Of a DNA stretch of 64,000 nt, positions 12,721-23,368 are shown piece after piece. Under the pieces are notes generated by a model, which was not told the origin of the DNA, did no database searches, and saw only the letters and a list, made by a program, of their open reading frames with translations. Source of the DNA: Camelus ferus. Lineage: Eukaryota. Made by a program: the position numbers and the translations under genes. How positions within the stretch are numbered: position 1 is the first letter of the stretch; every line of letters begins with the position of its first letter. The stretch is from NCBI RefSeq assembly GCF_009834535.1, contig NC_045696.1:34102001-34166000 (forward strand). The letters are read 5' to 3'.

Positions 12721-13720
12721 ATTATATTTTAAAGCTCTAGAATAATCCTCTTTGGCTCAATTCTCTGCCCTCTGGGCCCCCTGGGGTGACAGCCCCTTTC
12801 TGAATCCCATCAGCCTCAGGTGCTGACTCTGCCTCTAAGGTCCTGGACAGCAGACTTGCCCCAGAATCACTGGGTGGCAACTGTATGGCCCACTGAAACT
12901 GAGAAGGGGAGACTGGACTCGTACCCTTAGGGCCTGTGGTGATAGTGGCTTCCCCGACAATCTCTTCAGACTTCCAGATCATCCTTCTTTTTTCTTGTCA
13001 GATAACATGCTCACAGCCAGACAGCTCCATTGTTCCATCCTGTACAATCCCAGGAGTACAATAGTCTCTTTTCATTTAGTGCTGTCACTGTCCCCAAGCG
13101 GGCAGTGCTTCTGCTGATGTGGCCTCATTTGTATTCCTGGCTTCTGCTGAGATGTCTCCTTGGATCTATGAGTCATATCCATAATTTCTCTATCAAATAG
13201 ATTTCCAGCCACACCCTTGCTGCTCTCCAGAGTACTTTCTTATTTTTTTGCAATATGAATAGTCTGATAATTTTCCAGACCTTCAAGTTCTGGTTTCTTT
13301 TTGGTAAACAAGTTTCTTCAACCTGTATCTCTTCTCTTGCTTTTTACTGTAAGCTCCAAGGAGAAACCTGGCCACACCTTTAACACTTAGCTAAGAAATC
13401 TCCTCAGCTAAATAGCCAAATTCATCACTTTTCTCTTCTACTTTACACAAAACACTAGAACACAAATCAGCCAAGTTCTTTGCCATTTTATAGCAAGGAT
13501 TGCCTTTCCTCCGGTTTCCAGTTACATATTCTCATCTCTGTCTAAGATCTCACCAGAATCACCTCCATTGTCCATTCTCCTAACATCAGTCTCTTCAAGA
13601 CAATCGAAGTTTTTTTCTAGCATGTACTCAGAGTTCTTTCAACCTCCACCCATTCCCCAGTTCCAAAGCTAAGTTCACATTTGTTTGTATAGCAGCACCT
13701 CACTTCATGCTCCCCAAATC

Positions 13721-14094
13721 TGTGTTAATCAGGGTTCTCCAGAGAAACAGAACTGAAAATCTGCATGGTGAGCTGCAGGCTGGAGACCCAGGAAAGAGCC
13801 AATACTACAATTCAAGTACGAAGGCCAAAGAACCAACTCTGTAGTTCAAGTCGGAAGACTGTCCCATGCAGAATTTCCTCTTGCTCAGGGTAGGTCTGCC
13901 TTTCGTGCTATTCAAGCCTTCAGCTGACTGAATGAGGCCATCTACATTACAGAGGGTAATCTGACTTATTCAAAGTCCACCGATTTAAATGTTAATCTCA
14001 TTTAAAAATACCTGTCACCTAAACATTCAGAATAATGATAGCATATCTGGACTACATAGGCCAACCAAATTGACACATAAAATTAACCATCACA
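13721..14094 (-). mobile_element. ERVL LTR (MLT2-like)
   Basis: Termini tgtgttaatcagggttctccagagaaacagaa and ttgacacataaaattaaccatcaca. Confidence 0.85.
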
Positions 14095-14244
14095 ATATAC
14101 AAACATATAAAAACAAGGAAAGAATACTTACAACTCTTACAGTCTTTGTTTCTACAACTGGTCATATGTTTGTAGGTGGTATTTATAACTGTGTTCTCCC
14201 AATGACCATAACCCCAATCAAATAACAGACTTTGGGGAGGGTGA

Positions 14245-14322
14245 TTTGGGTGCTGGGGCAAAAGTAGTTTTAAGAACTTCTCCAGGGGATTCTAGTGCAT
14301 AACCAGGTTTGAGAACCACTGA
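14245..14322. mobile_element. MER5B-like hAT fragment
   Basis: ctccaggggattctagtgcataaccaggtttgagaaccactg terminus. Confidence 0.6.
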
Positions 14323-15166
14323 GGAAGAAGCTGATGGCATAGCTGTTAACTGCTGCCACTTGCATTTGGCTTTACTTTGGAGAAGGGAGAGTATGGTAAA
14401 GAATTTATAGACTTCTCTTCCCTTAAGGAGAAATGGAGCTTTCCTTCACTGCAGGAAGTAGGGAGGGATATGGCTTTTTGAATAGGGTTACTGGAAAACA
14501 TAGATTATTGACTAAGGGCAGGGGACAGGACACTTGAACCTGAAGCTTAGAACAAAGGAAAAGCCCACTGATAGCCCCTTTCCTTGGGAATAATCTTCTG
14601 AGTCCCAAGGGAAAGTCCTGGTAGCTGAGTAGCTAACATCCTTCCTCCTACAGGTAGCCACCCTTTGAAATTCTTATTTCTTTGGTCAAAAATGTATCTG
14701 TGCCTGCAGAGTTGGTGTTAATTCTGGCAATGGTGGAAAGAGAATTGTTCTAGGAAATGAGGCATTCCAGGTAGTGTGTAGACTATGCCTTGAAACACCT
14801 TGTGATGATCAAGAGAACCAGAGATTCTCGAGAAAGACTCACAAAGCTAGGAGTCTTTCTCATGAAGAGGAGAGAGGCCTTCCTTCCTGAAAATGAGAGA
14901 AAGGAGAGCGAGAATTGCAGTAACAACAAGTCTGTCTACCACTCTAGTCTAGATTACACATACTGTCTGTTAGAAGGGGAAAGGAAAGGACACTGCAAAT
15001 ATATGTTATATATATTTTAAGATTATTCATAATGCTTTTGTCCATAAAACTAAATTTATATGATAAATCAGATATTAATTTAAAACAATACTAATAAGTA
15101 AAAAGGCATATATTTCATGCACTTTCCCAAGCTGGTTTAAGTATACACATTTCTTTATTTTTAACA

Positions 15167-15960
15167 AAGAGTTAACCTGATTCAGTGAGTTCACTTTTTT
15201 TAGATTCCACGTATATAATGAGATCATACAGTATTTGTATTTCTCTGTGTGACCTATTTCATGTAGCATAATGCCCTCAAGATTCATTCATGTTGTCACA
15301 AATGGAAAGATCTCCTTATTTCTCATGGCTGAAAATATTCCATTGTATATGCATATACCATGTTTGTTTTCTTTATCTATTCATCCACTGACAGACACTT
15401 AGGTTGTTTCCATATCTTGGCTATTGTCAAAAATGCTGCAATAACATGGGAGTGCAGATTTCTCATTGCTATCCTGTTTTCCTTTCCTTTGGATATATAT
15501 ACCCAGGAGCAGGATTGCTGGATCATATGGTAGTTCTATTTTTCATTTTTTGAGGAATCTCTACATTGTTTTCCATAATGGCTGTACCAATTTACATTCT
15601 CAACCAAAGTGCACAGAGTAGAACGGTGATCACCAGGGACTGAATGGTGGGAGAAATGGAGAGATGTTGGTCAAGTATAGAAAGTTTTAGTTAGAAGAAC
15701 TGGGGATCTTTGCACAGCATTGTGATTATAGTTCACAATACTGTAGTATACACTTGAAAGCAGCTAAGAGAGATTTTAAATGTTCTCATTGCACCAAAGA
15801 AATGGTAATGATGTGATATGATGGAGGTGTTAGCTAAAACTGCTATGGTGGTAATCATATTACAGTATAAAAGTGTATCAAATCAACTTGTTGTGTTAAA
15901 TTTACACAAGGTCATATGTCAATTATATCTCAATAAGTCTGGGGAAAAAGTTAAGATGAT
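15167..15960 (+). mobile_element. L1 (L1MA/MB-like) 3' end with 5' inversion
   Basis: ~15182-15615 antisense and ~15616-15945 sense; the two pieces are adjacent in the L1 consensus; degenerate TSD aagagttaacctgat / aaaagttaagatgat. Confidence 0.85.
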
Positions 15961-18320
15961 GCGTTTAATACTATACCATCATAATGAATCAAGCTGATGC
16001 ATTACTTTCAGTGGATTAACAGCTCTGAAACTTTCCACAGAAGAGGCAAACAAAGAACATGTCTTTCCTTACTCTTCCACTTTCCCTCCCTTCTCTCTAT
16101 AGGAAATCTGGACCATATTAACTCAAAGTGATATTATTTCCAGAAGAGGTCTTTAGGGGAGACGTATCTAGCAATTCAAATGCACTTAACTTAAACCTAC
16201 AGCTTTTTACATCAAACTTTTCTCAGTGAACATGTGAAACTTATCTCTATCATTCACAAATTTAAACCATATATACCCTAAGGCACCTTGAAATCCCTCT
16301 GCCTTCAACACTGAAAGATGCTTTTACACTGTTGCTTTTCTGTCATTAATCTACCTAGAGCTGTGATAATGCTCAACACATATTAAAGTTTTCATGATGA
16401 ATTTTGATACCATGCATCAAATTAAATGTTGGAAGAAGCTATTTTTCTCCATAATGTTCTCCCATTGTGCTTGGTTATTTTAATTTATTTAGAGATAAAT
16501 TTATTAACCTGTCTTGGAAGAAACTGCGTAGTTCCTTTAGTGGCAAATCATTCCCTGGTGCAAGTACTCCTGGAAGAGTTCCTTCAGCAGCAATGAGGTT
16601 ATTAATAACTTCTTATGATACCATCTCATAGTCATGGTAACCATCTGATGGTGCCACCCCTGGGGCCTGAAGATTATTACAGGGTCATAAATCCCCAGTT
16701 GCTTCAATAACAAAGGTTAACTCTAGGAATTAGTTTATCACTCACCTGTCAGCTGTTGTGGAATGCTCACTTCCGTGTTTCAGATTCTGATAGACATAAA
16801 AATCTGCTGGCAACCTTTCTCTCTTCATTTATTCTTTGGTAAAGACTTGACATTTTTGCATTGGATTAATATGTCACTCTTCTCACTAATATTTTAATGT
16901 GTATTTTATTAAGTTTTTATGAACTTTCATTTCCAAGGTTATTAGAGATGCTGTAAGCACTGTAAAATGTGAGTTCCAGCTAGAGAAAATATTGTTTTAG
17001 TTTCATCTTTCAGTGAAACTTATATGGATTCTAAAAGCCCATATTAGCTTTACCAAGACTGAAAGGTCTTCACACTTCTCCATGTCAGGAAAGTGACGAT
17101 TAATTGACACATCTCTTGTTTATAGTTCAGTACATGTCAAAGTTTCTGAATTTATCTATGAATCATATGCAAATCTGGAAGGCAAAAGACTGTCTTTACT
17201 TTGGGAATCTCCAAGGACATCACATTATCAAGCACAAATAATACCAGTTTAAAGTATTTGGCCATTTTATCAGCTCTCCAGACAAATATAAATACCCACT
17301 GGTGCTGACAATTTTACTAACAGTGATTAAGCCCTTGGATCATTTATTTTCCAAGGATGCCCTTTCATACACTTGACTTATGAAGGTTAGAGAGCAAATT
17401 GAATCTTACTTCATAATGAGTGTATGTTTAATCAGATATTATACGCTGTTAATTTAGGATATTAACTAGTCATGCTCTTTGAGACTAAAAAAGGGGGCTA
17501 GAAAGAGAAGACTGAAGATTCTGCATTCACAATTCTCCTACATGTAAATATTGCACCAAACTAGCTTTTATCTTGGTCACATTTTCTCCCTCATGTGTCA
17601 TAAAAAATATCTTCCTTTAAACAATGTATCTGTTTTAATAGTTTTCAAAGTTCAGTGCAGTCTGTCGGGTAAGAATGGCCTGAAAGTCTGAGAACTGCAA
17701 ATGGTGGCAGGAGGAGTAAGTTGCCAGTTCCCTGGTCAAGCATGAGCCTGTTCTCTTCATTACACAGGTAAGATTTATGCAGGCATGTTAGGCCCGGGCC
17801 TACATTCTCTGAGTTGGTACAGTGCATCAATATTAGCCTTCCTAAGGCACATTCTGTGATATACAGCAGTATGTTGCACCAAGGTAAATATGGTATTAAC
17901 TACAGAACACAGCACATGCAAACTTGGCAAGTTCAAATTCACCTTGCCTATCTTTGAGAAGAAACGCTTTCTATTATTAGCCATTTCAAAGATATTGATC
18001 TGTGCTCCATGCAGTAGCAAGTGTCTGAGGATATTAGTATGGTACCTTAGATTCAGTCTCATTAATTTTTGCCCGAGGAGAGTGAACAGAGAAGAAAAAA
18101 AGGAAACCGAAGGGGAAAGCTCAAAAGAACAGCAAAAACCAATGTATGGACAGACTGCAGAGATTTTGATTAAACTAAGGTAGTTGGGGGTATAGTGAAG
18201 AGATGATCTTGTACAACAAGGTAGAGAGAAAACTATTAGGAGACAGACTACAAATTCAGTCCCCGTAATCTAGACGGGAAAAGACCATTTTTGCCACGAG
18301 AACCTCCAACCTTACCAATC

Positions 18321-18796
18321 AAAAATAATATCGGACCTGGAGATTGTCATTCTAAGTGAAGCACGCCAGAAAGAGAAAGAAAAATAACCATATGAGATCA
18401 CTCATATGTGGAATCTAAAAAAAAAAAAAAGACAAACAAATTTATTTACAAAACAGAAACAGACTCACATAGAAAACAAGCTTATGGTTATCAGAGGGGA
18501 AAAGGGGATGAGAAGGAATAAATTGGGAGTTCGAGATTTGCAGATACTAACTGCTATATATAAAATAGATAAACAACATGTTAATACTGTATAGCACAGG
18601 GAACTATATTCAATATCTTGTATCAACTTACAGTGAAAAAGAATATGAAAACGAATATATATATGTTCATGTATGATTAAAGCATTGTGCTGTACACCAG
18701 AAATTGATACAACATTGTAAACTGACTATACTTCAATATATATGTATTGAATTTATATATATCAACATATATATAAAGCCAAAAAATAAAAATAAT
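18321..18796 (+). mobile_element. Young L1 3' end
   Basis: ggacctggagattgtcattctaagtgaa...gaaattgatacaacattgtaaactgactatacttcaat; candidate TSD aaaaataat. Confidence 0.9.
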
Positions 18797-19104
18797 GGTA
18801 ATCTAAAATTGATTGTGTTAAAAGATAAAAGATCAACCCCCCCTTTTTTAATTTCAGTAAATGGAAATAAAGTTGTACAGTTCTTTAAACACTTCCCTGT
18901 GACGACAACCTCTTAACAAATACAACAGTGTTTCGAGGAGTCCTCAGGGAAGGGCAAGCAGGCATTCCTTTCAGTGACTTGCAATTTAATCAACAATGCA
19001 AGAATTCAGATTTTTTCAAATGATATTCTGCTTTGCCAGTATTTTGTAGGGGAGGAGGTTAATCCTCCATGTAACCATTTTTGATTCTGTGAAACTGTTA
19101 TCCT

Positions 19105-19545
19105 GTACTTCAGGTCAAGTTCCCTGGGAAACACTCTTGCACTGAGAGTAGAAAGTTTACGGCAGACTGCTGTTGGGTTTCTCACCTGAGGAAGCAAAGG
19201 GGCGGGACCTGTGTGCAGGCTGCATCCGTAGACACAGAGCCTGAATTCTGATGTAGTCTAAACAGAAGCCTCAGCCAAACCAACCGGGGGCTCTGAAGTT
19301 TAGATGACCCTTCAGAGTTGGTCTGAATTAGAGCAGGGGGACCGGCACTTTACCACTTCAGTCAGTTATTGGATGTGGGCTGTCCTGGGAAGGAGGGCAT
19401 AACGTGAGCTATGTGAGGTGGATCTTCTGAGCTGAGGGCATCCCACGGGGACTGCAGGGGGAACTCTCAGCAGATACGGCGGGGTAGGGAGTTAAAGCTT
19501 TCATTCCTGAAGGGAATTCTGGCTGATACATCAAGTCACCTACCA
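19105..19545 (-). mobile_element. ERVL LTR (LTR33/LTR16-like)
   Basis: gcctcagccaaaccaaccgggggctctg...cccttcagagttg...cagttattggatgtgggctg motif string. Confidence 0.65.
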
Positions 19546-19704
19546 GATTTGGAATATGAAGTGTTATTATGAAAGAATTTTATTTGAGAGCAAATGTATT
19601 ACACAAGTCCATACAGGAATTTCGATCTTATTGAAATACCTAAAACAACATATTTAATGTTGATTTAGCTTAAAACACGATTAGGAGAGCAGCAATCAGT
19701 ATGA

Positions 19705-19860
19705 AATTGATGGCAGGTAACAAAATACCCTGTTCAAACCAGCTCAAACACAAAGGAACTGCACTGACTTATATAACTGGAAATACAGACAAAGAGTGTG
19801 CTTCAGGACCAACTTAAACTAATAGCCCACTTCCACCTCCCTGTGCTTCCCTTGGCTCTG
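19705..19860 (-). mobile_element. Old MLT1 LTR fragment
   Basis: gcaggtaacaaaataccc...caaaccagctcaaacacaaagg...ataactggaaa. Confidence 0.45.
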
Positions 19861-20610
19861 TTCTTCTTGGTGGGGCAGTTGTTGTTTTGTTTTGATTCGT
19901 TTTTTAATCTCTGTCACAGTCTTGGCTTCACATTTACCCATAAAATCATCCCATGGGAACCTGTCTCTTACTGAAGCTTATGGTAAAGGGTTTGGGTTTT
20001 AGGCTAAATACAATAGGATTCATCAAAGAGTTTTTTCTTTAAAATAAAACTTATTTAAGTAAATATATTAGCTTTATAACTAGAGTAAATTCAGTACTTA
20101 GCACACAGACAGAGCTTTTAAATTTCAAATGACTCCAAACGTGAGACTGATCATGTAACACCCTTCCTGCTGTTCTTATTATTAGGAAGTTGTTAAACCT
20201 CAACAATGAAATACTATCCCTACACTCTCATAAAATTAAAGAAAAGAAAACAATTTACTCATGAATTCACTTTTAAATAAACCACATTTATAAAACACTA
20301 TCCTGGGGATTATAATTTTGACTGTGCTCCCATTTGAGCAATTGTACAATCACTTAACTATAGCAGAAAATGAAATGAAAAATTCATATTCAGAAAGAAA
20401 GACCAAAATTCATCAGCTTGTGGATCAAGAAAAAGAAGTTGTTAAATAGCAACACCAAAAAAACTGTGCTTAAACCATCTAGAAACCAAATAAACTGGAA
20501 ACGAATCACTAATAAGATTTATCTTTATATAATGAGATTTATCTTTATATAATGCACACTTATGAAAAAAACTATTCTAAGAATTATAATCCTGTGATAT
20601 TTCCATTTTA

Positions 20611-20675
20611 TGCGATTATTTAAGTGCGACTTAAATAATTATTTAAGTTATTTAAGTCGCACTTAAATAATCGCA
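20611..20675. repeat. Perfect inverted repeat, 28-bp arms with 9-bp spacer
   Basis: tgcgattatttaagtgcgacttaaataa (20611-20638) is the exact reverse complement of 20648-20675. Confidence 0.97.
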
Positions 20676-21920
20676 AGAAAGCTAAAACAGAAAGCATTCT
20701 AAATTATTTTAAGAGAATAACAAAACAGATTTTTGCTGTGCATGTGGATTATTTTAATGCACGTTATCAACAAAAATGCTGGAAATACACAAAAAGCAAA
20801 TAGAACGAAGTAGAAGTAATTAAATCACATGCTTCACAATGAAATTATCTATAATGATAAAAATTATCCTACAAATTATAATTCTATCAATCTTCTGTTT
20901 GAGCAAATGACACTTTACTAATAGCAATAAAGTGAAAACAGGAAAAAAAATACGAAAAAGGAAACATCTTGCTATGGTTCTGGAAGCAGAATCATTAGGA
21001 TGGATGACACGGAGAGTGATTGACATCTGTTTGCAGACCATGTAGACACAAGTCCAAATTCAGTGCTTGGTAGAGCAATATTTCTTATTGCCAGTAAGGA
21101 TGTGATCAGCTGGGGAAGTCCCTTCATAGAGAGGTTTGCCTTTGCTTTCCAGAAGAGGCGGAAGGGCAGGGATCCTCTCAACAGGGACCCCTCTGTAACA
21201 AACAACCTCTAACTGGAGGATGATATTAAGCACCAGAGTTTGGGCCATTCTGGAGGGATAACTGAATTAAAAGAAGGTCCAAAGAATCTTCCAGTGCAAG
21301 GAGCATCCTTCAAGCTCTGTCCTGTGGAGGATATGATGCATTAGAATGGAGTTGGCCTGTTGGAAAGATTCTCCTCCTAGGGTCATGGTCCCCATTAGGT
21401 GGCATCTGTTTTATTCTGGGCACCAAAGCCTGGATGCCCCTGCCAGCCAGATTTCCCTCCTCCCTCAGGAATCCCTTCATCCAGAGGGTTCCTGGTGATC
21501 CCCTCAACCCTTCTGCCAATATCACTCTGAGAATGTCTGGGAGACACCTGGGACAGAAGAATACACATAGAAACATTCACATTTAAATTAAGAATTGTCT
21601 TATTTGGTTTTTATTCCCATTAAATTATCAAAGTTTCTCTTAACCATCAGCATTCTCAACCTGTTGTTTTGAGCTTCTCTCACAGGAATCAGGCTGGCAT
21701 TGATCATTTTCAGTGATTATTTTCAATTTTTCTGGGAAATTATTGACTTGTATTTTATAGGTGCCCAACTTTTCACATGCTTGGCTGATCTATTCAGTTG
21801 CTTTGGAAATGCTCTCCTCTTTTTTGTGATAATTTCTTCTAAATTTAATCTTTAGTAAAAATGTATTTCTTTTTCTCAATTCAGTTCCAGAAAGGACTGG
21901 GTTTTTTCTTAGAACTTTTG

Positions 21921-21940
21921 TCTTTCTTTCTGTCTGTCTG

Positions 21941-21980
<40 letters not shown>

Positions 21981-22068
21981 TCCTTTCTTGCTTTCTTGCT
22001 TTCTTGCTTTCTTTCTTTCTTGCTTGCTTGCTTCCTTCCTTCCTTCCTTCCTTGCTTGCTTGCTTTCT
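21921..22068. repeat. Compound microsatellite (TTTC)n/(CTTG)n/(CTTC)n
   Basis: Direct reading of tetranucleotide runs. Confidence 0.95.
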
Positions 22069-22183
22069 TCAGCAGTTTTCTCACTTTGGAGAATTTTAAT
22101 GTGATCTCAAAGTATATTGATTAAGCTTTCAGCTAATTTAGTACACATCCACTTTAATTTTCCTCTAAGAGTTCTTAAGCAAG

Positions 22184-22623
22184 TGTATTTGTTTCTTAGT
22201 GCAGCTACAACAAATTACCACAAACTTAGTGGCTTAAAACACAAGTTTATTACCTTGCAGTTCTGGACATCAGATGTCCAAAATCGGTTTAAGCTAAAAT
22301 CAGCGTATCTGTCAGCATATCTATCAGCAGGGCTGCGTTCTTTCTGGAGGCCCTCAGGGAGAATTCACTTATTTTTTCCAGCTTTTAGAGGCTGCCCACA
22401 TTCCTTGACTGTGGCCATGCTAACCTCTGATCCTGAACCTCCTGCCTCTCCTCTCATGATTACATTGTTCCTACCTGAATAATCCAGGATACTCTTCCTG
22501 TCTCATGTTCCTTAATTTAATCACATCTTCAAAATCATTTTTTATCATGAAAGGTAACATATTCATAGGTTCCAGGGACTAGGATGTAGACACCATTGGG
22601 GGACCATTATTCAGCCTCCTATA
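22184..22623 (-). mobile_element. MaLR solo LTR (MLT1C/D-like) inside the CTAGE5 pseudogene
   Basis: tgtatttgtttcttagtgcagctacaacaaattaccacaaacttagtggcttaaaac start; ggggaccattattcagcct end. Confidence 0.85.
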
Positions 22624-22986
22624 GTATTCACTCAGCCTCACTGAGTTGGTTTCTTTAAAGTGTCTCCTAAGAGGTGTTTCTGTTTTGATTCATTTGTCAT
22701 ATGTATTGGATTCCATGTTCTCACCATCCACCATGTCTTCTCCAAGAACAGCAAGTGTTCGCTCAGAGACCTTGTCTGGCCTTGTCCTTTAGAACTTGTT
22801 CCATACCACTTTAAGTTCACTCACTCTTCTTTTCCAACCTTTTGCTTCTTGTGAAAGCAGCTGTATCCTTCCCTAAAGACTGGAATTTCATCTAAAGTAT
22901 TTTTTCAGTGCTGTCTGAACTCTTCTTCATTCTTCTGATGTAGTTTGAAGACTGTTTTGGTTGCAGCTACTTGAAATGGGAAGTGT

Positions 22987-23368
22987 TTTGAAGCATCTTT
23001 TATTTTATTTTTAACATTTTTTTATTGAGTTATAGTCATTTTACAATGTTGTGTCAAATTCCAGTGTAGAGCACAATTTTTCAGTTATACATGAACATAC
23101 ATATATTCATTGTCACATTTTTTTCACTGTGAGCTACCACAAGATCTTGTATATATTTCCCTTGTGCTATACAGTATAATCTTGTTTACCTATTCTACAT
23201 TTTGAAATCCCAGTCTGTCCTTTCCCACCCCCCACCCCCTTGGCAACCACAAGTTTGTATTCTATGTCTATGAGTCTGTTTCTGTTTTGTATTTATGTTT
23301 GTTTGTTGTTGTTGTTTTTTAAGATTCCACATATGAGCGATCTCATATGGTATTTGAAGCATCTTTTA
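22987..23368 (-). mobile_element. Young L1 3' end inside the CTAGE5 pseudogene
   Basis: Nearly identical to 50670-51005; perfect 16-bp TSD tttgaagcatctttta at 22987-23002 and 23353-23368. Confidence 0.95.

Larger units (their letters stand above)
11879..13720 (-). mobile_element. MaLR (MST/MLT1A-like) LTR remnant plus internal sequence
   Basis: MaLR-int motifs (aaatacaatggtgaaacaagcataag, acagccaagttctttgccattttatagcaagg, cccattccccagttccaaagct). Confidence 0.75.

Noticed and set aside
16746..16786. 41-nt minus-strand segment with AG/GTGAGT boundaries
   Set aside because: Peptide NLKHGSEHSTTAD not recognised and its phase does not join the 6402-6523 candidate; no independent support.
21395..21580. 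Apparent splice acceptor and terminal coding exon (ttcttctgtcccag|gtgtct)
   Set aside because: Sequence on both sides of the supposed acceptor is continuous CTAGE5-derived coding remnant, so it is not an intron boundary.
21861..22124. Hydrophobic and Lys/Arg-rich ORFs on both strands
   Set aside because: Translations of the microsatellite.
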